Below are positions 9,623 to 17,954 of a stretch of 21,464 bases of DNA, in pieces (within the stretch, counting starts at the first letter, position 1; every line of letters begins with the position of its first letter). The notes beneath the pieces are model-generated. The model did no database searches. It was not told the origin of the DNA and saw nothing but the letters and a program-made list of their open reading frames with translations. The position numbers and the translations under genes are program-made. This DNA is from Nitrospinota bacterium (GTDB taxonomy: Bacteria; UBA8248), in assembly GCA_046581755.1 (NCBI GenBank), contig JAYGFR010000175.1, forward strand, positions 1 to 21,464, read 5' to 3'.

Positions 9623-10567
9623 CTACCGGGCCTTTTTCGGATCCGTGCCGGGAGGCTGCCCGACGGTCTGGCCGACCCATTCCTCAATCATCTCCAGCAT
9701 GAGCGCCTGATCCGAATCGGCCCCATTTCTGGAAACAACAAGGCCATACACTTGGCGTACGTGGTTGAGGAGGAACATGGTCGCCCCCACCTCTCTGGCC
9801 AGGTCCGAAGCCATGGTGAGGTCTTTATGCATGAGTCCGGCCGCGAATCCCGTGTTGAAGTCACGCTTGAGCAGGAGGCGCGGCCATTTATCCGCCGTTG
9901 CGGAATTTCTGCCGGAGCCGCTGTTGACCACAGCCAGCACTTTTTCCGGATCCAGCCCCATCTTCGCCGCAAAAGCCACCGCCTCCATCGAGGAAAGAAG
10001 ATTGGTGGCCGAGAGAAAATTGTTGACGCATTTCATGGCATGGCCCGATTCCACTTCCTCTCCGATATGGACGATATTTCCGCCCAGGATTTCGAAAATC
10101 GGCATCGCCGCCTCAACCACATCCGACGGCCCGCCCGGCATAATGGCCAACGTCGCCGCTTCGGCCCCGACCACGCCGCCCGAAACGGGAGCGCCCAACA
10201 TGTGGATGTTCCGGCGTGAAAGCTCCTCTCCCAGGACCGCCGTGCGGCGCGGATAGGACGAACTCATGTCGATCAAAAGTTTGCCGGCCGCCATGTTGTC
10301 CGCCAGCCCGCCCTCACCGTTGACGACCCGATCCACGATATCGCTGTTCGGGAGCATTGTGATGATCACATCGCACCGCTGGGCCAGATCGGCCATCGAA
10401 GCCGCCGCCTGAACGCCTTCGGGGCGAACCCTCTCCAGCGCCGCGGGGTCGGAATCGTAGCCGATGACCGTGTAATCGCCCCGCCGCAGATTCCGGGACA
10501 TGGGCGTTCCCATTTTGCCGATTCCGATGAATCCGATCGTGGTCCGGGCCGGTTGGAAGGTTTCCAT
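9623..10567 (-). CDS. NAD(P)-dependent beta-hydroxyacid dehydrogenase (3-hydroxyisobutyrate/tartronate-semialdehyde reductase family)
   Basis: IGFIGIGKMG Rossmann motif, IDMSS, (G)APVSGG, catalytic K in GHAMKCVNN, F...LMHKDL. Start METF at 10567 after GAGGA. Confidence 0.92.
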   Translation of the reverse strand: METFQPARTTIGFIGIGKMGTPMSRNLRRGDYTVIGYDSDPAALERVRPEGVQAAASMADLAQRCDVIITMLPNSDIVDRVVNGEGGLADNMAAGKLLIDMSSSYPRRTAVLGEELSRRNIHMLGAPVSGGVVGAEAATLAIMPGGPSDVVEAAMPIFEILGGNIVHIGEEVESGHAMKCVNNFLSATNLLSSMEAVAFAAKMGLDPEKVLAVVNSGSGRNSATADKWPRLLLKRDFNTGFAAGLMHKDLTMASDLAREVGATMFLLNHVRQVYGLVVSRNGADSDQALMLEMIEEWVGQTVGQPPGTDPKKAR

Positions 10568-10887
10568 ATCATCCTCAATTAAAAAGAAACGACCGAATGA
10601 TCTATGCCGATAAAAGCCTCCCCAGCGGCCAGGCAACCGCCCTTGAGGCACCCAATCTTTATATTAACCTTGTGATCCGACTGTACCATTTTTCAGGCGA
10701 TCTTCTATTACAGTTTGCCCCTTCATGCCAGCCGGGGAGGTATATATTCCGAAAAACCCGGGGGGGGGCAGTATCTTCCGTGGGCGCTGTGCCCGCATCC
10801 CCCAGCGGCCCCTGCCCGGCCTGCCGGGGAATAATTTCCGCCACGCATGCATTAAATCAACCGCTTCGGGTAAAGTGGACCGGAAAA

Positions 10888-11697
10888 ATGAAAATGAATC
10901 CCGATTCTGAGATGAATTCAATTTCATCCATGCGCGAGTCTGAAATGGCACCCCCATCCGAGTTACCGAAAATGGAAGCCCTGGAGCAAGAAAAGGAATT
11001 TTTCCGATACAAGGAAAAAGGGGCCTATCACTGGACCTTGAATTCAAGCCATCCGCTTCGGGGGAACGCCTTCGTCAGGGCCAGGTATGCCAATGTCCTC
11101 AAACTGGCCGAAAAATCGGCCGGCGGACAATTGGCCGGAAAACGGGTCCTGGACCACGGCTGCGGCGATGGTGTGCTCGCCAACATGCTCGCCCAGAAAA
11201 ACGCCCATGTATTCGGAGTGGACAACTCCGAAATCGCCCTGCACTACGCCCAAAAGCGCATATCAGGAAAAAAAGTCCATTTTCAGGTCGGGAGCGTCTA
11301 TGAACTGCCATACCGGGACGATACGTTCGATTGTGTCATTTCCACTCAGGTCATCGAGCATCTCGCAGAACCCATGCGGCTGCTCGCCGAAAACCGCCGA
11401 ATCCTCAAAAAAGGCGGGAGCGCCCTCATCACCACCCGCATCCGCCTGACGGAAAAACCAATCGATCCCACCCATGTCGCCGAATGGTTCGAAGACGAAT
11501 TCCGGGGCCTGATCGAAGAGGTGTTTCCCGGGGCGGAATTTTTCAAGTCCCATCCCGCCGCCTGGATGGAGGCATCCTATAAATTCAAATGGATAAAGCT
11601 TCTCGCCAACATCATGTCCCTGGTCCAAAATCCGTTCGCCGGTTTCGAGTCCGGCTACCGGCTGCATGTGATTCAGTACGCCCTGGCTACCAAGTAA
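10888..11697 (+). CDS. Class I SAM-dependent methyltransferase (UbiG/Methyltransf_11-like); start uncertain (10888-10972)
   Basis: VLDHGCGDG motif I, GVDNS, LPYRDDTFD.VISTQVIEHL, RILKKGG. Confidence 0.88.
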   Translation: MKMNPDSEMNSISSMRESEMAPPSELPKMEALEQEKEFFRYKEKGAYHWTLNSSHPLRGNAFVRARYANVLKLAEKSAGGQLAGKRVLDHGCGDGVLANMLAQKNAHVFGVDNSEIALHYAQKRISGKKVHFQVGSVYELPYRDDTFDCVISTQVIEHLAEPMRLLAENRRILKKGGSALITTRIRLTEKPIDPTHVAEWFEDEFRGLIEEVFPGAEFFKSHPAAWMEASYKFKWIKLLANIMSLVQNPFAGFESGYRLHVIQYALATK

Positions 11698-11795
11698 CCC
11701 CGCCCATCCGGCCGGGCAGGCCGCCGCTGGCGTGGGGGCGATTTTGGAATCGCCTCCGGCGGCGTTCCGACCATCTCCGGTTTCCGGGCGGAATT

Positions 11796-11824
11796 TTGTC
11801 TTTCCGCCGAAGGAGTGATAATAT
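11796..11824 (+). promoter_or_regulatory. Candidate extended -10 sigma70 promoter for the DUF484 gene
   Basis: TTGTCT(11796-11801)-N17-TAATAT(11819-11824), with TG at 11816-11817. Confidence 0.55.
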
Positions 11825-11895
11825 CCACTCGTAAAGTTCCCCTGTTCTTTTTTGCCTCCGCCCGGAACCGCCATTCTTGACTTAGGAGAAACCCG

Positions 11896-12648
11896 ATGGC
11901 GCCGATCACGGCGGAGGAAGTCGCGAAGTATCTCGAAGAAAACCCTGATTTTTTCCTCGAAAATTCCGAACTCGTGCAAACGAGCGGGCTCCTCGCCGGA
12001 GAAAACCCAGGGCTGAATTTACTGGACATCCGGAACCGACTCTTCGACCGCCTGAATGAAGATCGCCGGGAACTGATGAATCTCCTCGACGAGACAATCG
12101 GGCTCGTCCGTCAAAACGAGAAAATCGAGGAGGATTTCATGGCGATTGAAAAAATCTTGTTTCAGGGATCGCTCGATGGAGGGAGCCTCTCCGAGGTCGC
12201 CCAGGAGATCGAGGCGAGGTTCTCGCTGGACCATGTGAGTATTTTGCTCGATGAGAGTGCGAAAGGGGCGATCCCCGCCGATGGGAACTCAAACGGTTCA
12301 AGCCGGGTGCGCCTCGCCGGCGATCGGGATGTGGCGCCGGACGGCATCATTCTCACGGGAAATCTGGAAGAGGGCGCCGCCCCCCTGTTTCCGGAAATGT
12401 ACCGCGCCGATCTCCGCTCAACGGCGGTCGTGCCCCTCCGGGAGGGAGATCAGCCACTTGGCCTGCTTCTTTTGGGCTCGAAAAATCCCGAAAGGTATAT
12501 CGAGGGCATGGCGACGCAACTGCTCGCCCGCCTGGCCATGCGGATGGGAATGGGAATCTGTCTCATCCGGCGGCTCGCCGGGGCCGATGAGAACTCGCCT
12601 CGCGCAAAATCTCGGCAAAAGAAAAAAAAGGCGGGCCAAACCGCCTGA
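11896..12648 (+). CDS. DUF484 (YigA-like) protein with a GAF-like C-terminal domain
   Basis: EEVAKYLEENPDFF N-terminus, coiled coil ending RQNEKI, and STAVVPL...GLLLLGS..P.RY..GM.T.LL. AGGAG RBS. Confidence 0.85.
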   Translation: MAPITAEEVAKYLEENPDFFLENSELVQTSGLLAGENPGLNLLDIRNRLFDRLNEDRRELMNLLDETIGLVRQNEKIEEDFMAIEKILFQGSLDGGSLSEVAQEIEARFSLDHVSILLDESAKGAIPADGNSNGSSRVRLAGDRDVAPDGIILTGNLEEGAAPLFPEMYRADLRSTAVVPLREGDQPLGLLLLGSKNPERYIEGMATQLLARLAMRMGMGICLIRRLAGADENSPRAKSRQKKKKAGQTA

Positions 12649-12664
12649 CGGCTGCGGGAATCCC

Positions 12665-14056
12665 CTAGGTCCGGACGCTCTCGCCCAACGCGGTCAGGGA
12701 CGTCACCTCCTGAATGCTCTCCAATTCTTCGAGAGCGCGCACACGCTTGACGATCAGCCGGCGCGTTTCCTCATCCGCCACCGGGCCCGTCAGGTCGTGA
12801 AAGCGCTCGATCAACTCTTCCCAGGTCAGCGGATTGCGCGGATCGCCCTTCGGGTTGTCCTGATGGGCCTCGAATGTCCCCCGGCGGGTGACGATCTTCA
12901 CATGGGCCTGCCACTCATGGGGAAATTTTTTCTCCATGTCCGGGTCCCCGTAGCACTGAACCTTGTCGATGATCGACGAATAGACCTTTGAGCGCAGGAA
13001 ATCGTCGGAGTACTCCTCGAGCCCCGCTTTTCTCCTGAGCAGGGCGACCGAGACCGCATACTGAAGGCTAAACTGCGCGTCCACCACATTCTGCGGATTG
13101 ACCTTGATGGCGTTCGGCTCGACCACGACCATGACCGCCGTCTCCGGCACGCGCACCTCGATGCGGGAAACCTCCTCGGGCTGGATGTCGTTCTCGCCGC
13201 ACAGCTGGATGACTAGGTCCACCGACCCGTGGTTGTAGCGGCAGGTGGCGTGGGGCTTGATAGCCGACTCGCATATCTCCCAGTACTCGCCCAGGTGCTC
13301 GGTGACGTACTCCGGATGGGCGTCGTCGCTGAATCCGTGGAGAAATCCGTACTTGCCTTCGAGAATGTCCTCGGGACCCGTGTAGCCCTCCTGGGCCAGA
13401 TAGGCCGCGATAATGCCGCTGTGGGCGGCCCAGCCTGGATGCAGGCGCTTGGTCCAAGAACCCGTTTCGAGAAACTGCATCGAGCTCGCCGCCTGGCTTC
13501 CCGCAATGCCGAAGGCGTTCGAGGCGGCCTCGCGCGATAAGCCGAGCATCTTTGAGGCCGTAACCGCGGCCGCGAAGGTTCCGCAGGTACCCGTCGGGTG
13601 AAACCCCCGCTCGTAATGGCTCGTAGGATTGATGGCGTTGCCGACCCGGTTGGTCACCTCGTAGCCGGCCACGATGGCCTCGATGACCCGTCGCGGATCG
13701 GCGTTGTGGGCCTCGGCGACGGCAAGCGTGCTCGGCATGACGCTCACCGCCGGATGCAGGCTCGATCGCGTCGTTACATCGTCCATCTCGATGGCGTGGG
13801 CAGTTCCCCCGTTCGCCAGGGCGGCGTTCGCCGCGTCGGTGCGAAGAGGCGTTCCGATGACGGTGCAGGGCCCGCCCTGGGGAGCGCGCTTACGGATAAA
13901 GCTGTGGAACACGCGCGAACTTCCGGCCTCGCTTGCCCGAAGGGCGACCCCGAAATAGTCGAGGAGGAAATACTTCGCCCGGTCGCGGGCCTCCTCGGGG
14001 AGTGAGTCGTACTTTATTGCGTAGACATGATCGATCAGATCTTGGGTCAACCCCAT
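12665..14056 (-). CDS. MmgE/PrpD family protein (paralogue 1)
   Basis: AALANG..AHAIEMDD, HP, GYE, GFHPTG, KRLHPG, KPHATCRYNH, FSLQY, PKGDPRNP. Confidence 0.93.
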   Translation of the reverse strand: MGLTQDLIDHVYAIKYDSLPEEARDRAKYFLLDYFGVALRASEAGSSRVFHSFIRKRAPQGGPCTVIGTPLRTDAANAALANGGTAHAIEMDDVTTRSSLHPAVSVMPSTLAVAEAHNADPRRVIEAIVAGYEVTNRVGNAINPTSHYERGFHPTGTCGTFAAAVTASKMLGLSREAASNAFGIAGSQAASSMQFLETGSWTKRLHPGWAAHSGIIAAYLAQEGYTGPEDILEGKYGFLHGFSDDAHPEYVTEHLGEYWEICESAIKPHATCRYNHGSVDLVIQLCGENDIQPEEVSRIEVRVPETAVMVVVEPNAIKVNPQNVVDAQFSLQYAVSVALLRRKAGLEEYSDDFLRSKVYSSIIDKVQCYGDPDMEKKFPHEWQAHVKIVTRRGTFEAHQDNPKGDPRNPLTWEELIERFHDLTGPVADEETRRLIVKRVRALEELESIQEVTSLTALGESVRT

Positions 14057-14158
14057 CGCGCGGCTCCTTCAGGTGACGATTCGAAGAGGGTTTTTCTGGT
14101 CCGCATTGCCGTTATTATGCCCCAAAAAAGGTGCGCCTTACCATCCGCCACCCGATTC

Positions 14159-14188
14159 TTGTCATGGGCCGGGGCGCCGGAGTATGAT
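14159..14188 (+). promoter_or_regulatory. Candidate sigma70 promoter for the HIT gene
   Basis: TTGTCA(14159-14164)-N18-TATGAT(14183-14188), 38 nt before the ATG. Confidence 0.55.
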
Positions 14189-14225
14189 CGGCGCGTCATT
14201 CGCCGCCCACCCCCGTGAGGCCTCC

Positions 14226-14570
14226 ATGAGCGATTGCCTGTTCTGCAAGATTGCCGCCGGCGAAATCCCCTCGACAAAAGTGTACGAGGACGACCGCCTT
14301 TTCGCCTTTGAGGACATCAACCCCGCCGCCCCGACCCACGTCCTGATCATTCCCAAGGCCCATCTGGATTCCATGCGCGAGGCCGGGGAGGAGCACCGGG
14401 AGATGATTGGGGACATCCTTCTTGCCGCCGGCCGTATCGCCAAGGAGCGCGGATTGTCAGAGGACGGCTACCGCATCGTCAACAACTGCGGCGAAGACGG
14501 AGGCCAAACCGTCCCGCACCTTCATTTCCACCTGCTCGGCGGGCGGCCGTTCAAGTGGCCTCCAGGTTAG
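14226..14570 (+). CDS. hinT: Histidine triad nucleotide-binding protein (HinT-like)
   Basis: MSDCLFCKI..GEIP, F.DINP.APTHVLIIPK, GQTVPHLHFHLLGGR...WPPG. GAGG RBS. Confidence 0.95.
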   Translation: MSDCLFCKIAAGEIPSTKVYEDDRLFAFEDINPAAPTHVLIIPKAHLDSMREAGEEHREMIGDILLAAGRIAKERGLSEDGYRIVNNCGEDGGQTVPHLHFHLLGGRPFKWPPG

Positions 14571-14700
14571 GAGCCGGAATATTTCGATAAGGTGCGGCGC
14601 ACGGGCGAGGTCGCCGCGTTCGGCGGCTCGATGCCCCCGCCCGAGGACCCGCCTGCCCCGCCCGGCGAATAACCGGACCGAATCCGCCGCCCCCTTCGAC

Positions 14701-15159
14701 TCAATCTCCGCCGCCGACGCGGCCTCTCTTTTTTTTAATTTCGGAGCGAAGATGTTTTTCCTTCAGGCGCCTTTCCTTTGAAGAGCGCGTCGGCTTTGTG
14801 GCCTTTCGCTTTTTCACCGGGCGCGCCATCTCCTCCAGCATACCCCGCAGCTTTTCGAGACAATCCGCCACATTGCGCCTCTGATCGCGGAAGCGCTGGC
14901 TCGAGAGGACCAGCTCCCCCTCCCGGGTGATGCGGCGGCGGTATTTGGCGCAAAAACGCTCCCGCAGGTCCTCTGGAAGGCTTTCCGAATCTTCCACATC
15001 CCAGCGCAACGTCGCCTTCGTGTTCACCTTGTTTACGTTCTGGCCGCCCGCGCCGCTGCTTCTGGCGAACTGAAAGTGAAACTCGCGAAGGGGAATCCGG
15101 ATACGGCGGCCGACTTCGAGCACGGATACCTCCTCGGTGGGCGGAATTTTTTTGGGCAA
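14701..15159 (-). CDS. arfB: Alternative ribosome rescue factor ArfB (YaeJ)
   Basis: RSSGAGGQNVNKV (GGQ motif), R.Q.RN, and the basic tail RKATKPTRSSKERRL.EK...K.R. Confidence 0.95.
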   Translation of the reverse strand: MPKKIPPTEEVSVLEVGRRIRIPLREFHFQFARSSGAGGQNVNKVNTKATLRWDVEDSESLPEDLRERFCAKYRRRITREGELVLSSQRFRDQRRNVADCLEKLRGMLEEMARPVKKRKATKPTRSSKERRLKEKHLRSEIKKKRGRVGGGD

Positions 15160-15213
15160 ATCAAAGTTCTTGAAAAGGATAGCAGAATTGCGAAAAGAAA
15201 AAGCGATTCGAAC

Positions 15214-16278
15214 TCAGGCCACCCAACCGCCACCCTGGAGAACGTCGCCGTCATAGAAGACAGCGGCTTGGCCCGGCGGCACCGCACCGAGCGCGGCGGG
15301 GTCTTCGGGAAAGACCTCGGCGGCGCCGTCATCGCGCGGGGCCACCCGACAGGGAACCGCCCGCTGGCGGTGGCGGACCTGAACGGAGAGGCGCTTTTCA
15401 TCGCCCTCCACCGGAATCGACCATGAAATCCTTTCAGCCAGAAAACTCTCGCGCTCCAGGTCACTCTGTTCCCCCACCACCACTGTCGCCGTATCGGCTT
15501 CGAGGCCGATCACATAATGAGCGCCGCCGCCCAGGCGGAGCCCCTTGCGCTGGCCCACCGTGAAATGGGTTACGCCCGGATGGCTCCCCAAGCGGTGGCC
15601 CGCCATATCGAAAATCGCGCCCGGCCGGTCGATGTCCGGAGCCTCCGAGCGCAAAAAGGCACGGTAGTCGTCCTCGGGAACAAAACAGATTTCCTGGCTC
15701 TCGGGTTTGTCCGCAGTGGGAAGGCCCAGTTCGCGGGCGATTGCACGCGTCCGTTTTTTTTCTATATCGCCCAGAGGGAACAGGGTGTGGGCGATCTGGG
15801 CCTGGGTCATGCCGAAGAGAAAATAGGTCTGATCCTTTTCCCGGTCGGCGCTTCGGGCAAGCGCGAGACGGCCGCTGGCTTCCACTATCCGCGCATAGTG
15901 GCCCGTCGCGAAGCACTCCGCGCCGAACCCCCTCGCCCGCTCGGCCAAGTAGTCGAACTTGACCACTTGATTGCATGCGATGCAAGGAACCGGGGTGCGG
16001 CCGCTGGCGTACTCGCTGATGAAGCTGTCGATGACCGACCTTCGGAACGACTCGCGCACGTCCATCACGTAAAACGGAATTCTCAGCTTCGAAGCGACGG
16101 CCCGGGCATCGGCCAGATCGCGTGGCGCGCAGCACCCCCGGTGGAACGACTCCACCTTCGGCCGGTCGGCCAGGCGCAGCCCCACCCCGACCACCTCGTA
16201 ACCCTGCTCTTTGAGTAGCGCGGCGGCGACCGAACTGTCCACCCCACCGCTCATGGCTACAACGATCCTCTCACCCAC
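15214..16278 (-). CDS. mnmA: tRNA-specific 2-thiouridylase MnmA
   Basis: VAMSGGVDSS PP-loop, GRTPVPCIACN, ATGHYA, KDQTYFL, ESQEICF, GQRKGL, PGQAAVFY. GTG 16278 after AAGGAG is preferred over 16293. Confidence 0.97.
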   Translation of the reverse strand: MGERIVVAMSGGVDSSVAAALLKEQGYEVVGVGLRLADRPKVESFHRGCCAPRDLADARAVASKLRIPFYVMDVRESFRRSVIDSFISEYASGRTPVPCIACNQVVKFDYLAERARGFGAECFATGHYARIVEASGRLALARSADREKDQTYFLFGMTQAQIAHTLFPLGDIEKKRTRAIARELGLPTADKPESQEICFVPEDDYRAFLRSEAPDIDRPGAIFDMAGHRLGSHPGVTHFTVGQRKGLRLGGGAHYVIGLEADTATVVVGEQSDLERESFLAERISWSIPVEGDEKRLSVQVRHRQRAVPCRVAPRDDGAAEVFPEDPAALGAVPPGQAAVFYDGDVLQGGGWVA

Positions 16279-16349
16279 GATCACTCCTTGCACCGCCTCA
16301 CGGGGGCCGGGATCTCCCCTTCATCCTCCAACGAATAGCTCTGGCAACG

Positions 16350-16380
16350 AAAAAGCCCCGGCGTAAATCCGGGGCTCTTT
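16350..16380 (-). terminator. Intrinsic terminator after MmgE/PrpD paralogue 2
   Basis: AGCCCCGG-N7-CCGGGGCT stem followed by TTTT on the minus strand; a shorter T-rich tail is also present on plus. Confidence 0.8.
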
Positions 16381-16427
16381 ATAACCCAAATGGGAAGGTC
16401 CGCTCTAGCGGCTGCCCCCACGCTTCA

Positions 16428-17825
16428 TCATGAAGAGACCAAAAGCGGAAGGAGTTCACCGATATCGGCCGAGTTCTCCAACCCGCGCCATCCCTCCCAG
16501 GCCGTCCGTGCCCGATCTGCCGGGAGCATCACTCCCGCGCACTCCAAAAATTTATCCCGAAGCTCCTGCTCCAAAAGGGGCTTATCGATATGCCCCCGGC
16601 CCACCTCCTCGACGGCGCTTACCTCCCGGCCGTCCCGAAGGCGAACCCAGACCTGGGTCCGCTCGCTCTCGGGGTTTCCGGCGGCAAGTTCAGGGTCCAA
16701 CTCAAAAGCCACCCTCTTTTGCAATTCATCGACCTCGGGGCGGCCCACCCGCTCCTCTTCGAACTGAGCGATTCCCACCTTGCCGTCAATCACCGCCGAG
16801 GACAGGCAAAAGGGCATGGAAAATTTCCCCTCCAGGCCCGTTGCGGCCACCTTGTAGCGGAGCACCTTGAGGGTCATCGTGGAGGCCCGCGCGCCGAGGG
16901 CCTCCACATCTTCGTAGCGAATGCCCTCGCGCTCGCACAGGTCGAGCATGGCGTCGATGCCGGGATGCGTCATGGCGCAGCAGGGATGGACCTTGACGCA
17001 AACACCCAATTCGATGTCCCAGGGAGCGCCCCATTCTCCGGCCGCCGCCTCCCAGTCGGCAAAATATTCTACACCGGGGCCGATCCCCTCAGCGGCAAGC
17101 GCGGCGGAGTAACCCGTCTCGAGTGCGTCATCCGCTCCCGTGAAGCCCATCTCGGCCAGGCGAGCGGCGACCAGCCCCGCCCGGGCGGCCTGCCCGGCAT
17201 GAAACGGCTTGGTCATGGTCCCGAAGTTGCACACCAGCCCGGCCGCCTCGCTGGCCGCGATGGCCAGAGCGTGGCGCGTCCGCACCTCGTCCAGGCCCAT
17301 CAGATGAGCACAGGCGGCAGCCACCCCGACCGAACCGAGGGTGGAGGTCGCGTGAAACCCGCGGCGGTAGTGCTGGGGAATGAGTGCCCGCCCCAGCACG
17401 TGGAGAATCTCAAAGCCCACGGCGTAGGAGCCGAGAACCTTCGCCCCGCTCAAATGGCGCTCTTCGGCAAGGGCGATGAGCGCGGGGGTAAGCGTAACGC
17501 TCGGATGCCCGCTCATTACCCAGTCCACATCGTCAAAATCAAGCGCGTGGCCGGCGACCCCGTTTATGAAAGCGGCCCAGCTGGCGCTGGTGCGCCCGCC
17601 CTCCCCCACCACCGTGGCGGACGGGTTTCCCCCCTCCTCGCACGCGAACCGGAGGGCGAGGCGGGAGCTTTCATCGGGCATTCCGGCCAGCGTGACGCCC
17701 AGCGTATCCACCACGGCCTCACGGGCCCTGGCAAGCGCCGCTGAACCCATGGTGATTGAATCCACCCCGGCAATCCGGCGGGCCAACTCGCGGGTAGCGG
17801 GCCAGGGACGCTGATTAACGCTCAC
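16428..17825 (-). CDS. MmgE/PrpD family protein (paralogue 2)
   Basis: AAFING..GHALDFDD, GHPS, GFHATS, NFGTMTKPFHAG, KVHPCC..TH, GKFS. GTG at 17825 after GGAGG. Confidence 0.93.
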   Translation of the reverse strand: MSVNQRPWPATRELARRIAGVDSITMGSAALARAREAVVDTLGVTLAGMPDESSRLALRFACEEGGNPSATVVGEGGRTSASWAAFINGVAGHALDFDDVDWVMSGHPSVTLTPALIALAEERHLSGAKVLGSYAVGFEILHVLGRALIPQHYRRGFHATSTLGSVGVAAACAHLMGLDEVRTRHALAIAASEAAGLVCNFGTMTKPFHAGQAARAGLVAARLAEMGFTGADDALETGYSAALAAEGIGPGVEYFADWEAAAGEWGAPWDIELGVCVKVHPCCAMTHPGIDAMLDLCEREGIRYEDVEALGARASTMTLKVLRYKVAATGLEGKFSMPFCLSSAVIDGKVGIAQFEEERVGRPEVDELQKRVAFELDPELAAGNPESERTQVWVRLRDGREVSAVEEVGRGHIDKPLLEQELRDKFLECAGVMLPADRARTAWEGWRGLENSADIGELLPLLVSS

Positions 17826-17902
17826 CCGAATTTCCTCCCATTGGAGAAACTCTAAAAGAAGATACTTTACCGGCACCTGGCCCCATAAAAAAGCGGCCTG
17901 CC

Positions 17903-17932
17903 AAAAAAAGCGGGGCCCTGGGCAGGCCCCGC
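17903..17932 (-). terminator. Intrinsic terminator of leuA
   Basis: Minus strand GCGGGGCC-N7-GGCCCCGC-T7. Confidence 0.85.
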
Positions 17933-17954
17933 CGGGATGATTCGTTACCGGTAT

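Noticed and set aside
14571..14700. GC-rich hairpins between convergent hinT and arfB as an sRNA or REP element
   Set aside because: The stems are short, there is no U-tract, and no second copy appears in the window.
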